This document shows, in pieces, positions 9,074-20,044 of a stretch of DNA of 64,000 bases. The translations under genes and the position numbers were made by a program. The stretch is from Hyalangium minutum. Lineage in GTDB: Bacteria > Myxococcota > Myxococcia > Myxococcales > Myxococcaceae. The stretch spans positions 62,001 through 126,000 of the forward strand of contig NZ_JMCB01000015.1 in assembly GCF_000737315.1 (NCBI RefSeq), written 5' to 3'. Position 1 is the stretch's first letter. Each line of letters begins with the position of its first letter. The notes under the pieces were generated by a model. The model did no database searches. It saw only the letters and a program-made list of their open reading frames with translations, and was not told the origin of the DNA.

Positions 9074-12000
9074 GCCACCTGCCAGCCCCCCTGCCTCCGC
9101 CCCCGGGTGAAAACGGCCGCCGCGTCGAGGCCCTCCGCATGGCCATGCGCGAGCGCATCCTGGTGCTCGATGGCGCCATGGGCACGCTCATCCAGGCCCA
9201 GAACCTCAAGGCCGCGGACTTCGGCGGCGCCGAGTACGAGGGCTGCAACGAGCACCTCGCCCTCACCCGGCCGGACGTCATCGAGAAGATCCACGCGGAC
9301 TACTTCGCCGCGGGCGCGGACGTGACGGAGACGGACTCCTTCGGCGGCACGCCGGTGGTGCTCGCCGAGTTCGGCCTGGGGCACAAGGCGGTGGAGATCA
9401 ACGCCGCCGCCTCTCGCGTGGCGCGCAACGCCGCCGAGGCCGCCGAGGCGAAGGATGGGCGGATGCGCTGGGTGGCGGGCTCCATCGGTCCCACCACGAA
9501 GGCCATCTCGGTGACGGGCGGCATCACCTTCGAGGAGCTGGTGGACAACTTCGCCGTGCAGGCCGAGGGCTTGGCCATCGGCGGCTCGGACTACCTGCTG
9601 GTGGAGACGTGCCAGGACACGCGCAACGTGAAGGCAGCGCTGCTCGGCTGCCAGCGCGCGTTCCGCAAGCTGGGGTATGCGCTGCCGGTGGCGGTGTCTG
9701 GCACCATCGAGCCCATGGGCACCATGCTGGCGGGCCAGTCCGTGGAGAGCCTCGCCGCGTCGCTGGAGCACGTGGAGCTGCTCTACCTGGGCCTCAACTG
9801 CGCCACCGGCCCCGAGTTCATGACGGACCACATCCGCTCGTTGTCCAGCATGAGCTCCTTCCCGGTGTCTTGCGTGCCCAACGCGGGCCTGCCGGACGAG
9901 AACGGGCACTACCTGGAGACGCCGGAGATGCTGGCCCGCTCGCTGCGGCGCTTCTGTGAGCACGGCTGGCTCAACGTGGTGGGCGGCTGTTGCGGCACGC
10001 AGATGCACCACATCCGCGCCATCGCCGACGCGGTGAAGGGCCTCAAGCCGCGCCGCGAGGCCCCGCGCCCGCGCTCCACGCTGTCCGGCGTGGACTACCT
10101 GGAGGTGAAGGAGGACGAGCGTCCCGTCATCGTCGGCGAGCGCACCAACGTCATCGGCAGCAAGAAGTTCAAGGAGCTCATCGTCGCGGGCCAGGTCGAG
10201 GACGCCTCGGAGATCGCCCGCGCCCAGGTGAAGCGCGGCGCCCAGGTCATCGACATCTGCCTCGCGAACCCCGACCGGGACGAGCTGGAAGACATGCGCC
10301 GCTTCTTGGAGGTCGTCGTCAAGAAGGTGCGCGTGCCCTTGATGATCGACTCCACGGACGAGGAAGTCATCGCCATGGCGCTCACGTACAGCCAGGGCAA
10401 GGCCATCATCAACTCGGTCAACCTGGAGGACGGCGAGGAGCGCTTCGAGAAGGTGGTGCCGCTGGCCCGCCAGTTCGGCGCCGCGCTGGTGGTGGGCTGC
10501 ATCGACGAGAAGGGCATGGCCGTCTCGCGGCAGCGCAAGCTGGAGGTCGCCGAGCGCTCCTTCGAGCTGCTCACGAAGAAGTACGGGATGAAGGCAGAGG
10601 ATCTGTACTTCGATCCGCTGGTGTTCCCGTGCGCCTCGGGCGACGCGCAGTACACGGGCAGCGGCGTGGAGACCATCGAGGGCGTGCGCCTCATCAAGCA
10701 GCGCTTCCCCCAGTGCAAGACGGTGCTCGGCATCTCCAACGTGTCCTTCGGCCTGCCCACCGCGGGCCGCGAGGTCCTCAACTCCGTGTTCCTGTACCAC
10801 TGCGTGCAGGCAGGCCTGGACATGGCGCTCGTCAACTCGGAGAAGCTGGAGCGCTACCCGTCGCTGCCCGCCGAGGAGCGCAAGCTCTCCGAAGACTTGC
10901 TCTACAACCAGGGCCCGGATCCGGTGACGCCCTTCGCCGCCCACTTCCGCGAGCGCAAGCCGCAGAAGGCCGCCACGTCCTCGCTGCCCCTGGAGGAGCG
11001 GCTGCAGCGCTACATCATCGAGGGCACCCGTGATGGCCTCTTCGCGGACCTGGATCTGGCGCTGGAGAAGTACGCGCCGCTGGAGATCATCAACGGCCCG
11101 CTGATGAAGGGCATGGACGAGGTGGGCCGGCTCTTCGGCGCCAACGAGCTCATCGTCGCCGAGGTGCTCCAGAGCGCCGAGTCCATGAAGGCCGCGGTGA
11201 CGCACCTGGAGCCGAGGATGAGCAAGGCCCAGGCGGCCTCGCGCGGCAAGATCGTCCTCGCCACGGTGAAGGGCGATGTGCACGACATCGGCAAGAACCT
11301 GGTGGAGATCATCCTCGCCAACAACGGCTTCCACGTGGTGAACCTGGGCATCAAGGTGCCGCCCGAGCAGCTCGTGCTGGCCGTCAAGGAGCACAAGCCG
11401 GACATGCTCGGCCTGTCCGGCCTGCTGGTGAAGAGCGCGCACCAGATGGTGGCCACCGCGGAGGACCTGAAGCGCGCCGGTGTGGAGGTGCCCATCCTCG
11501 TGGGCGGCGCGGCGCTCAGCCGCAACTTCGTGGACCGGCAGATTGCCCCCGCGTACCAGGGCACCGTGGCCTACGCGCAGGACGCCATGAGCGGCCTGGA
11601 GCTGGCCAAGCAGATCGTCGACCCGGCCGGCCACGCGAAGCTCAAGGAGGACCTGACCGTCCGGCGCCAGAAGCTGGCCCAGGAGGTGAAGGAGCGCCCC
11701 AAGGCGCCCGTGGCCGTGGTGCCCTCCAGGCGCAGCAAGGAGGTGGACATCCTGGCGAGCGTGCCGCCCGTGCCGGACTACGAGCGCCACGTGCTGACCA
11801 ACACGCCGCTGGACCACATCTGGAAGTTCATCAACCCCGTCATGCTCTACGGGCGCCACCTGGGCCTTCGCACGGCCTCGCGCGCGCTGGGCACTCCGGC
11901 CGAGGCCGAGCTGGCCAAGACGGAGGAGGGGCGCAAGGCGCTGGCGCTCAAGGAGGCCGTGGAGGAGATCAAGTCCTTCCTGCGCGACGGCGTCATGAAG

Positions 12001-12582
12001 GCGCGCTCCGTCTTCCAGTTCTTCAAGGCGGGCAGCGACGGCAACCGCGTGCTGCTCTTCGACGGGCGCACCGGCGAGCAGAAGGCCGCCTTCGACTTCC
12101 CGCGCCAGGAGAAGGAGGACGGGCTGTGCCTGGCGGACTACGTGCTGCCTCTGGAGGGCGGTGAGCCTCGGGACAACCTGGCCATGTTCGTCACCACCGC
12201 GGGCGCGGGCATCCGCGAGCTTGCCGAGGGGTTCAAGGTCAAGGGCGAGTTCCTCAAGATGCACGCCGTGCAGGCGCTGGCGCTGGAGACCGCCGAGGGC
12301 TACGCGGAGCTCATCCACACGCAGATCCGCAGCATGTGGGGCTTCCCGGACAAGCCGGACATGACGATGCTGGAGCGCTTCCGCGCGGAATACGAGGGCA
12401 AGCGCTACTCCTTTGGTTACCCCGCGTGCCCGCGGCTGGAGGACCAGGCGCTGCTGTTTGCCGCGCTGCGTCCAGAGGAGATCGGCGTCCAGCTGACGGA
12501 CGGCTGCATGATGGAGCCCGAGGCGTCCGTCTCCGCACTCGTCTTCCATCATCCTCAGGCGCACTATTTCTCGGTGACGTAG
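9070..12582 (+). CDS. metH: Cobalamin-dependent methionine synthase
   Basis: [20 protein letters not shown] (Zn), [15 protein letters not shown] (B12), [10 protein letters not shown] (activation domain); start ATG 9070 overlaps the upstream stop. Confidence 0.97.
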   Translation: MSHLPAPLPPPPGENGRRVEALRMAMRERILVLDGAMGTLIQAQNLKAADFGGAEYEGCNEHLALTRPDVIEKIHADYFAAGADVTETDSFGGTPVVLAEFGLGHKAVEINAAASRVARNAAEAAEAKDGRMRWVAGSIGPTTKAISVTGGITFEELVDNFAVQAEGLAIGGSDYLLVETCQDTRNVKAALLGCQRAFRKLGYALPVAVSGTIEPMGTMLAGQSVESLAASLEHVELLYLGLNCATGPEFMTDHIRSLSSMSSFPVSCVPNAGLPDENGHYLETPEMLARSLRRFCEHGWLNVVGGCCGTQMHHIRAIADAVKGLKPRREAPRPRSTLSGVDYLEVKEDERPVIVGERTNVIGSKKFKELIVAGQVEDASEIARAQVKRGAQVIDICLANPDRDELEDMRRFLEVVVKKVRVPLMIDSTDEEVIAMALTYSQGKAIINSVNLEDGEERFEKVVPLARQFGAALVVGCIDEKGMAVSRQRKLEVAERSFELLTKKYGMKAEDLYFDPLVFPCASGDAQYTGSGVETIEGVRLIKQRFPQCKTVLGISNVSFGLPTAGREVLNSVFLYHCVQAGLDMALVNSEKLERYPSLPAEERKLSEDLLYNQGPDPVTPFAAHFRERKPQKAATSSLPLEERLQRYIIEGTRDGLFADLDLALEKYAPLEIINGPLMKGMDEVGRLFGANELIVAEVLQSAESMKAAVTHLEPRMSKAQAASRGKIVLATVKGDVHDIGKNLVEIILANNGFHVVNLGIKVPPEQLVLAVKEHKPDMLGLSGLLVKSAHQMVATAEDLKRAGVEVPILVGGAALSRNFVDRQIAPAYQGTVAYAQDAMSGLELAKQIVDPAGHAKLKEDLTVRRQKLAQEVKERPKAPVAVVPSRRSKEVDILASVPPVPDYERHVLTNTPLDHIWKFINPVMLYGRHLGLRTASRALGTPAEAELAKTEEGRKALALKEAVEEIKSFLRDGVMKARSVFQFFKAGSDGNRVLLFDGRTGEQKAAFDFPRQEKEDGLCLADYVLPLEGGEPRDNLAMFVTTAGAGIRELAEGFKVKGEFLKMHAVQALALETAEGYAELIHTQIRSMWGFPDKPDMTMLERFRAEYEGKRYSFGYPACPRLEDQALLFAALRPEEIGVQLTDGCMMEPEASVSALVFHHPQAHYFSVT

Positions 12583-12594
12583 AGTGGGGCCCCT

Positions 12595-13680
12595 ATGAGC
12601 GCGCCGATCATTCGCCGTGCCGTTCAGCTTCTTCCCGCCTGTTCGTCCACGGGCATCGGGAGCATGCCGCACACGCAGGTGGAGATGGGACTCCAGGCCG
12701 CGCTGGCCATGGACATCCCTTTCCTCCCGCAGATGCCCATGCACCATCCATCCGAGTACATGATCCCCTCGGCCATCGAGGGGCTGCCGGGGTTGAGCTA
12801 CGACGAGGACGGTATCTGCACCGTGGACCTCGCAAAGTGGGAGGCGGGCCGGGCGGCCTTCGAGGCCAAGCTGGAGGCGGCGCTGTCCTCCGGAGAGCTG
12901 GAGGCCTTCGAGCCGACGCCGGAGGCCTGCCGCGCGTGGCTGCCGTTCCTCTGGGAGGTGGAGAACCGGAAGCTGCGGCTCGCCAAGGCTCAAATTGCCG
13001 GCCCCTTCACGGTGCTCTCCGTGGCGCGCACCAGCGACGGCCGTACCACGCTGGAGGTGCCAGGGCTGGATCAGGCCCTGTTCCGGCTGGTGATGGTGCG
13101 CTCGCTGGCGATGGTGAAGGCGCTGCGCCGCACGGGCGCCACGCCGCTCTTCTTCCTGGACGAGCCGGGGCTGTATGCCTTCCAGCGGTCTCAGCCTCGC
13201 CACTTGCTGGCCCTTCAGGAGATGAAGCTCCTCACGCTGGCCCTGCAGCGCGAGGGCGCCCTGGTGGGCATCCACTGCTGCGGCAACACCGACTGGGCCG
13301 CGCTGCTGGACGTGCAGCCGGACCTGCTGTCGCTGGACGTGCGGCTCTCGCTGGACGCGATGCTCGAGGAGACGGAGGCGCTTACGCGCTTCCTGAACTC
13401 GGGGGCCACGCTGAGCCTGGGCATCATCCCGACCGACCTCACGTCCACGTATGACGTGACGGAGCTGACGGACTCGGTGGAGGCCTCGCTCAAGGCGGCG
13501 CTGCCCAAGGGGCACAGCTTCACGCAGGTGCTCACGCACATGATGCTGACGCCCGCGTGCGGCCTGGCGATGCGCTCGGTGCAAGATGCCGAGCGCATCT
13601 TGGGAGAACTGCGGGCCGCGCAGCGGCGGCTGCACGAGACGCTCGACACCGAGCGCGGTCCGGAGTTCTACGTCATCTAG
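12595..13680 (+). CDS. Single-barrel (core) methionine synthase, MetE catalytic-domain family, MesB-like
   Basis: TGIGSMPH, IPFLPQMP, FLDEP, GIHCCGNTDW (HxC) and TPACGL; 361 aa, no folate-binding N-terminal barrel. Confidence 0.75.
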   Translation: MSAPIIRRAVQLLPACSSTGIGSMPHTQVEMGLQAALAMDIPFLPQMPMHHPSEYMIPSAIEGLPGLSYDEDGICTVDLAKWEAGRAAFEAKLEAALSSGELEAFEPTPEACRAWLPFLWEVENRKLRLAKAQIAGPFTVLSVARTSDGRTTLEVPGLDQALFRLVMVRSLAMVKALRRTGATPLFFLDEPGLYAFQRSQPRHLLALQEMKLLTLALQREGALVGIHCCGNTDWAALLDVQPDLLSLDVRLSLDAMLEETEALTRFLNSGATLSLGIIPTDLTSTYDVTELTDSVEASLKAALPKGHSFTQVLTHMMLTPACGLAMRSVQDAERILGELRAAQRRLHETLDTERGPEFYVI

Positions 13681-13686
13681 CGGCGG

Positions 13687-13923
13687 CTACTGGCGTCCGA
13701 GCTGCAGCTCGCGCTCGGCCTGGCTCCAGTCCTGCTCGGGGTTGCCGGGCTGGCCACCGCGGGCCAGGAAGATCTCATAGGCGCGGCGGGCGATCTGCTC
13801 GTGGGTCGGGCCCGTGCGCGCGGGCGCGGCCGTGTTCGTCGCCGCCTTGGCCGGCGGGGTGGTGGCAACCTTCGCGGTCTCTTTCTCGTTCGTCGTCGGG
13901 TTCTTGGCGGTGTTGCGGGCCAT
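13687..13923 (-). CDS. DUF2934-like small protein (78 aa)
   Basis: EQIARRAYEIFLARGGQPGNPEQDWSQAEREL motif; GGAG before ATG 13923. Confidence 0.85.
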   Translation of the reverse strand: MARNTAKNPTTNEKETAKVATTPPAKAATNTAAPARTGPTHEQIARRAYEIFLARGGQPGNPEQDWSQAERELQLGRQ

Positions 13924-14081
13924 GGCTTCTCCTGCGGATTGGGAATAACTGGCGAACCATGAGGGAAACCCCACGTGGATGGAACCGCACCCAGGTCCGT
14001 GGGTTCTGGTGTGAACACGACACTTCGGGAGCTGTTTCCCGGGCCACACTCGGCAGGTCGGTTCCCGGTCAGCCAAGGACC

Positions 14082-15206
14082 TCAGCCGCCCAGCACTCCA
14101 GCCCTCAGCGCGGCCTCGAGCGCGCGCTGCATGGCGGTGCTCATGCCGAGCCCCTCGGCCTGCGCGGGTGTGCACCAGCGTAGCTCGTGAAAGGCGGGCG
14201 CACGGGAGGGAAGCTGGCGGCCAGAGACGCGCAGCAGCCTCAGGGTGAGTGCCCGGTGAGTGAGCTGGCGCTGCACCGTGCCCAGTGCGGTCTTGGCGGT
14301 GACCGAGACTCCGAGGGACTCCGAGAGCTTCGTGGCCGCTGCGGCGTCCTCCGCGTCCGGGTCGATCTCCGCAGCAGGGAGCTCCCAGAGGCCTCCGAAG
14401 AGCCCCTTGTCGGCCCGGCGCGCGAAGAGCAGCGTGTTCTCGTGGGGCCACACCGCCAGCGCGAGCGTCAGGCGCTTGGGCGCGGCGCGCACCTTGGCGG
14501 GAGGCAGCTCGTTCACGCGGCCGTGCTGGAAGGCGAGGCAAGCGGCTCGTACGGGGCACAGCAGGCACAGCGGGCTCTCAGGTCGGCACACGGTGGCGCC
14601 GTGCTCCATCAGGGCCTGGTTGAGATCTCCCGGCCGCTCGCCCTTCACGAGCGCCCGGGCCAGCCCCCACAGGTGGGCCTCGCGGGCGCGGTCTCCGGGA
14701 GGGCCCTCCACCTCGAAGAGGCGAGAGAGGACGCGCGCTACGTTCCCATCCACCAGCGGTGCTTCCTCTCCGAAGGCGATGGAGGCCACGGCGCCCGCCG
14801 TGTAGCGGCCGAAGCCGGGCAGGGTGAGCAGTGCCTCGGCGGAGGAGGGGAGCTTGCCTCCGAAGCGCGCCACGACTTCCTGCGCGGCCCGGTGCAGGTT
14901 TCGCGCGCGCGAGTAGTACCCGAGCCCTCGCCACCCGGCGAGCACGTCATCCAGCGGGGCCGCGGCCAGCGCCTCCACCGTGGGGAAGCGCGCGAGGAAC
15001 CGCTCCCAGTAGGGAATGACGGTGGCCACCTGGGTCTGCTGGAGCATCACCTCGCTCAGCCAGATGGCGTACGGGTCCTTCGTGCGGCGCCAGGGCAGAT
15101 CCCGCCGCTCCCGGTCGTACCAGGCGAGCAGCGGCGCGCGGATGGACGCGAGCCTCCGGGCCTCGGGCAGTTCCGGGACGGGGGCGGCGGCGGTGCGCTT
15201 CCTCAT
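14082..15206 (-). CDS. mutY: A/G-specific adenine glycosylase
   Basis: WLSEVMLQQTQV, GLGYYSRARN, LPGFGRYTA, VDGNVARV, Fe-S motif C-x6-C-x2-C-x5-C, C-terminal NUDIX-like region. Confidence 0.97.
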   Translation of the reverse strand: MRKRTAAAPVPELPEARRLASIRAPLLAWYDRERRDLPWRRTKDPYAIWLSEVMLQQTQVATVIPYWERFLARFPTVEALAAAPLDDVLAGWRGLGYYSRARNLHRAAQEVVARFGGKLPSSAEALLTLPGFGRYTAGAVASIAFGEEAPLVDGNVARVLSRLFEVEGPPGDRAREAHLWGLARALVKGERPGDLNQALMEHGATVCRPESPLCLLCPVRAACLAFQHGRVNELPPAKVRAAPKRLTLALAVWPHENTLLFARRADKGLFGGLWELPAAEIDPDAEDAAAATKLSESLGVSVTAKTALGTVQRQLTHRALTLRLLRVSGRQLPSRAPAFHELRWCTPAQAEGLGMSTAMQRALEAALRAGVLGG

Positions 15207-16018
15207 GGCTCGGGCCGCTTCGCCATGCGGTGGAGCATGCGCCGGGCGGCGACATCGAAGAGGCCCGGCACGAGGCGGTTGGCCAGCACCATCAGCCGCC
15301 CCGGCAAGGTGAGCACGGTGTCCCGGCGGTGGCGGCGGCTGGCCTTCACCATGGCTGCAGCCACCTCTTCCGCGCTCATCTGCTTCAGCGGGGGCGCGTT
15401 CTGCTGCCAGCCCTGGGCGTGCAGCCGCGTCTGCCGGAACTCCGTCTCCGTGAAGCCCGGAGACACGAGCAGCACGGAGAGGCCCTCGGCGGCCAGCTCC
15501 GCGCGCAGGGACTCGGTGAGCGCGTTCACCGCCGCCTTGGCCGCGCAGTAGCCCCCCAGCAGCGGCAGCCCGCGGTGGCCCAGCACCGAGCTGACGTTGA
15601 CGATCTGCCCCCCCGGGCGCTTGCGCAGCAGCGGCAGCACGGCCTGCGTGACGCGCACCAGGGCGAAGAAGTTCAGCTCGAACACCTGGCGCAGCTGCTC
15701 CTCGGAGAGCGCCTCCACCGGGCCGAACAGTCCAATGCCCGCATTGTTGATGAGGACATCCACCGCGCCGAAGTGCGCCTCGGCCTCACGCGCCAGCCGC
15801 TCCACGTCCGCCGCTTGGGTGATGTCACAGCGCACGGCGAGCGCCTGGGCTCCTCGCCCCTCCAGCTCGCGTGCCAGCTCCTTCAGCAGCTCCTCGCGCC
15901 GGGCGGCGAGGACCACGTGGGCCCCCTGGGCCGCGTACGCGAGGGCTGCGGCCCGGCCGATGCCGCTCGATGCTCCGGTGATGAGGACAACCCGTCCCCG
16001 AAAGGCTCCGTCAGACAT
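15203..16018 (-). CDS. Short-chain dehydrogenase/reductase
   Basis: TGASSGIG, NNAG, YCAAK; start at ATG 16018; stop overlaps the mutY start. Confidence 0.92.
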   Translation of the reverse strand: MSDGAFRGRVVLITGASSGIGRAAALAYAAQGAHVVLAARREELLKELARELEGRGAQALAVRCDITQAADVERLAREAEAHFGAVDVLINNAGIGLFGPVEALSEEQLRQVFELNFFALVRVTQAVLPLLRKRPGGQIVNVSSVLGHRGLPLLGGYCAAKAAVNALTESLRAELAAEGLSVLLVSPGFTETEFRQTRLHAQGWQQNAPPLKQMSAEEVAAAMVKASRRHRRDTVLTLPGRLMVLANRLVPGLFDVAARRMLHRMAKRPEP

Positions 16019-16067
16019 GGTGGGGCGCACCTTACCTGTCTGGTAGGCCGTGGCGCACCTCACTTTC

Positions 16068-17321
16068 TCATGTCGAATGTGCTTGCCCGCTGGGCGAGGA
16101 GGGGCGGCTGCCGGTGGCATCCGGCGGAGTGGGCAGCCGCACGCGGAAGCAGGTGCCCCGCCCTAGGGCGCTCTCCACGGAGATGTCTCCGCCCATGCGG
16201 GTGATGATGCCGTGGCTGATGGACAGCCCCAGCCCCGTTCCCGCTCCCACCGGCTTGGTGGAGAAGAAGGGATCGAAGATGCGCTGGATCATCGCCTCGG
16301 GCATGCCAGCACCGGTGTCGCGGATCTCCACCACGACGTGGTCCTGCTCCACGAAGAGACGGACGCCCACCTCGTGCTGCCCGGGCGCTCCCTCGGGGAT
16401 GGCCTGGAACGCGTTGAGCAACAGGTTGAGGAACACCTGCTCCAGGAGCGTGGCGTTGCCCATCACGGGGGGGACCGCTCCGAGCTGCTGGACCAGGCGG
16501 GCCCGGCCTCTCAGCTCTTGCTGGCACAGGGCCAGCGTCGCCTTCAGGGAGCGCTGAACGTCCACCAGTTCCTGGGGCTCGTCGTTCCCTCGCGCGAACG
16601 TCTTCAAGTTGCCCGCGAGGTGTAAGATGCGTCGCGCGCCCTGCTGGGACTCGGCGAGCGCCTCCAGACACTCATCCAGGGTCGCCAGTAAGTGAGCGGG
16701 CGTCGCCTCGTCAGGAGGGGCCTTCAGCAGGTAGCGCAGCGCCTCCACGCCCTCCGAGATGAAGTTGAGGTTGGAGCAGATGTAGCTCAGGGGGTTGTTC
16801 ACCTCGTGGGCCACGCCGGCCGCCAGTGTCCCCATGGCCGCCAGCCGATCCGCCTGAATGAGCCGTTGCTCCAGGAGCTTGCGCTGGGTGATGTCCCGGA
16901 CCAGGACGACCACCGTCTGCCGGTGGGCCACCCGCACCATGTCCGCGCTGAACCAGCACAGCCCTGCGGGGAGCTGCAGGCTGTACTCGAAGCGCTCCGT
17001 TTTTCCCGTCTGCAGGACCCGCAGGATCCGCTCCATGAACGGCTTGGCGGCCTGGGGACCGAGGACTTCATGGAGGGTGCGCCCCAGCGCTTTCTCCCGA
17101 GGCACCGCCAACAGCTCGTCCGAGCGGGCCACGATGGCCACGTAGCGCCCCTCCGCGTCGATCTCGAAGATGATGCTGTCCGTCAGTCCGACGACGAAGC
17201 GCAGGCGGGCCTCGGCGGCTTCCAGCTCAGGGCCCAGCGACTCGGAGATGTGCGGGGGGAGAGGGGGCCCCCCTGGGCTCTTGGCCTCGTCCATATGCGT
17301 CTCGAGAACGTCCACCTCCAT
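16068..17321 (-). CDS. PAS-domain sensor histidine kinase (NtrB-like)
   Basis: PAS, AGVAHEVNNPL H-box, QVFLNLLLNA, DTGAG, FFSTKPVGAGTGLGLS; start may be 17294. Confidence 0.92.
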   Translation of the reverse strand: MEVDVLETHMDEAKSPGGPPLPPHISESLGPELEAAEARLRFVVGLTDSIIFEIDAEGRYVAIVARSDELLAVPREKALGRTLHEVLGPQAAKPFMERILRVLQTGKTERFEYSLQLPAGLCWFSADMVRVAHRQTVVVLVRDITQRKLLEQRLIQADRLAAMGTLAAGVAHEVNNPLSYICSNLNFISEGVEALRYLLKAPPDEATPAHLLATLDECLEALAESQQGARRILHLAGNLKTFARGNDEPQELVDVQRSLKATLALCQQELRGRARLVQQLGAVPPVMGNATLLEQVFLNLLLNAFQAIPEGAPGQHEVGVRLFVEQDHVVVEIRDTGAGMPEAMIQRIFDPFFSTKPVGAGTGLGLSISHGIITRMGGDISVESALGRGTCFRVRLPTPPDATGSRPSSPSGQAHST

Positions 17322-17410
17322 GACACCGGAGGTACCTCAAAGCTTCCCACTAAAAGGATGCAGTGGCAGGGGGCATTGGCGCCTGGGTCACCTTCTACCC
17401 GGTGATTTGA

Positions 17411-19996
17411 TCAGCGAGGCGTGGGCGCAGTGCCGGGAGTCAGCTTGCCGAGGTCCAGCGCCTCTCCCTCGGCCAGTTCCAAGAGGATGTGTTGCCTGGT
17501 GCCGATGACCATCCGGTGCTGGCCCGGCTCGAGTGCGAGGAACTCGAAGCGGCCATCTTGAGCGGGGTAGATGCGCTGCTCGCCCGGTGTGCCGACATCC
17601 AGGGACACCTGCAGCATGAGGGCAGCTCCCGCGGCGTTGACAAGCCGGCCCGTCACGCTGGCCAGGATGCCCACAGGCACCTCGGCGGTGGAGGTTTGGC
17701 CGGCGGCCAGTTGCACCTTCACCTTGCCGGTGCGGCCATCGGTGGTGCGCGCCTGCAGCTCCAGTGTTCCCGGGGGCAGATCCACCCACTCGAAGGTATC
17801 CCCCACGAAGGGGCGATCACCCAGCCGGTCCGTGGAGGTGTCCTCCTTGAGCTGGAACACATGCAGCTCGAAGCCCTGCACCGGCGCGCCGCGCACCGTG
17901 ACGATCCGGCCTCGAAGGGCGGCGGCCTTCTCGAGCCGCACCACCACGTTTCGGCTGCCCACGCGCACGTTCTTCAGCGAGCCCTGCTCGGCGCCCCGCT
18001 CGGCGCTCACGGAGACACGCTTGCCCAGACTGCTCAGGGACGTCGTCAGCGTGAACTGCCCCTGGCCGTTGGTGTCCGTGTAGGAGGTCAGCTCGGCGCC
18101 ATCGTCCAGGCCCACCTCCGCTTCGGGCACGGGCTCTCCGCGCGCGTTCAGGACGATGCCCGAGGTCTCCGCCACCATGTCTGGGACGGTGAGGCTCACC
18201 CGGGCGACCTTGCCGGCCTCGACGCGGACGGAGCGCTCGGGGCCCTCGTCCTCCGCGTCGGTGTAGGACGCGCGGAAGGTGTAGTCGCCCGGCTGCAGCT
18301 TCAGGGTGAAGTGTCCTTGCTCATCCACCTCGGCCGTCTGGTCGCTGATCTCGGAGGAGACAGCCCCGATGGACACGGGGTAGGCGGGATGCCCGCCGCT
18401 GGCCCGGCGCACGGTGCCCTCGACGATGCCCAAGGACTCCAGGAGGACGAAGTCGGCGCGAGCGGTCTCACCCTCCTGGAGCGTGAGCTCGCGGGTCACG
18501 GGCTGGCCGGTCCATGCGATCTTGGCCTCGACAGAGTAATGCCCCGGGGACAGGCCTGAGATCTGGTAGTGGCCCGACTCGTCCGGGGTTCCGTTGTGCA
18601 CCCGGCGCCGGCCCTCGGGGCCCGCCTCGAGCACGACGAGGACGCTGGCATCCTCGGCGGGGCGGCCCAGGGCATCCGTCACCGTTCCCTCCAGCCTGGC
18701 CTCGCGGATCAGCGAGAGCTCCAACGGGGTCTCCTGGCCGGACTCGATGCGCACGTCCTCGCGCCGCGTGTCGGAGAAGCCCTCCTTGGAGAGCGAGACG
18801 AAGTACAGGCCCGGCGGGAGGCGCTCCGCGCGGAAGGTGCCGTTCTGGTGCAACTGGACACTGTGGGTCCACCCCGATTCCCCATGGCGAAGGGAGAGGA
18901 ATGCTCCCTGGATGGGCTCCTGGGTGGACTTCACGAAGGCCCGCCCCGAGAGGGTGCCGGTGAGACGCAGGCGGATGACGAGCCCATCCACCAGCCCACC
19001 GCGCGCCACCGTCACCTTGCCCTCATGGAAGCCCGACAAGCCCGTGGCGCTCGCGGCAAGCAGGTATGTGCCCTCGCTGACCTCGAGGGAGAAGCGCCCC
19101 TGCGCGTCCGCTGGCTCCGCCAAGCCCTCGGAGTAGCGGCCCGAGGTGGTGGCCCAGACCTGCGCTCCTGGAACGGGTGCGCCCGTGCCATCGACCACCT
19201 GGCCTTCGAGCTGGGCGGTGCCCTCGAGCTCGATGCTCACGGACTGCCGTCCGGGGACTTCGACCTCGAGCGAGGTTTCTGTATGACCTGGGGCCTTGGC
19301 TTCGATCAGGTAGGTGCCCGCGACGAGCGTGTCCACCCGGAAGAGGCCTCGCGCGTCGCTGGTGACGGAGACGTCCGGCACGATGCCGCTGAAGTCATCG
19401 CCTATCAGCTGGAGGGACAGCTGCGCCCCCGCGAGCGGCTGCTCCGAGTCCTTGTCCAGGACGCGCCCGGTCAAGGTGTGGCCGGAGGTCAGCTCGAACC
19501 GGGCGATGGGCTTGGCTCCGCCCTCCTTCACGGTGAGCTTCACCCTCGAGACCGCGAAGCCTGGGGCGAGCGCCGCGAGGCTGTACTCTCCCGGCTTGCA
19601 CCACGCTTGCCTGCGGCCCTCGGGGCCCACGGGCAAGGGGGTCAGGTCGTAAGCGAGGTCCTCGCTCTCGAGCCGGACCGCGCCCACCTTCGCATTCGGG
19701 ACGGGCGCTCCGAGGGCTGTCACCTCCAGCTCGATGCAGGGGCCTGGGCCCGCGAGCTCCTCCTCCAGGAGCTCGGCGTCGATGTCCTCCGAGGGGAGAT
19801 CATCGTCTTCGGGCTCCTTCGCCTCTGAAGTCCCCGAGGTATGGGGTGAACGTGAAGCAGGGGAGGAGCCTGGACGGGCGGCGGCCTGGGCCGGGCCAGG
19901 GGCTGCGGGCGCTTCGGGCGGTGTGCGCAGGCCCCACCAGAGCGCTGGGAGGGCCAGCAGGAGGACCGCCAGAATGAGCCGCAGCGTCTTGGGCAC
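17411..19996 (-). CDS. Membrane-anchored protein with tandem carboxypeptidase-regulatory-like (beta-sandwich) repeats
   Basis: N-terminal hydrophobic helix, acidic linker, repeated L.G.V.D..G.P..GA.V and G.F....L.PG.Y units; GTG start. Confidence 0.75.
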   Translation of the reverse strand: MPKTLRLILAVLLLALPALWWGLRTPPEAPAAPGPAQAAARPGSSPASRSPHTSGTSEAKEPEDDDLPSEDIDAELLEEELAGPGPCIELEVTALGAPVPNAKVGAVRLESEDLAYDLTPLPVGPEGRRQAWCKPGEYSLAALAPGFAVSRVKLTVKEGGAKPIARFELTSGHTLTGRVLDKDSEQPLAGAQLSLQLIGDDFSGIVPDVSVTSDARGLFRVDTLVAGTYLIEAKAPGHTETSLEVEVPGRQSVSIELEGTAQLEGQVVDGTGAPVPGAQVWATTSGRYSEGLAEPADAQGRFSLEVSEGTYLLAASATGLSGFHEGKVTVARGGLVDGLVIRLRLTGTLSGRAFVKSTQEPIQGAFLSLRHGESGWTHSVQLHQNGTFRAERLPPGLYFVSLSKEGFSDTRREDVRIESGQETPLELSLIREARLEGTVTDALGRPAEDASVLVVLEAGPEGRRRVHNGTPDESGHYQISGLSPGHYSVEAKIAWTGQPVTRELTLQEGETARADFVLLESLGIVEGTVRRASGGHPAYPVSIGAVSSEISDQTAEVDEQGHFTLKLQPGDYTFRASYTDAEDEGPERSVRVEAGKVARVSLTVPDMVAETSGIVLNARGEPVPEAEVGLDDGAELTSYTDTNGQGQFTLTTSLSSLGKRVSVSAERGAEQGSLKNVRVGSRNVVVRLEKAAALRGRIVTVRGAPVQGFELHVFQLKEDTSTDRLGDRPFVGDTFEWVDLPPGTLELQARTTDGRTGKVKVQLAAGQTSTAEVPVGILASVTGRLVNAAGAALMLQVSLDVGTPGEQRIYPAQDGRFEFLALEPGQHRMVIGTRQHILLELAEGEALDLGKLTPGTAPTPR

Positions 19997-20044
19997 GGCC
20001 CGAGTCTACCGCGCCCTGCACGCGGCTGGCTCTGGGCCGGGCGC

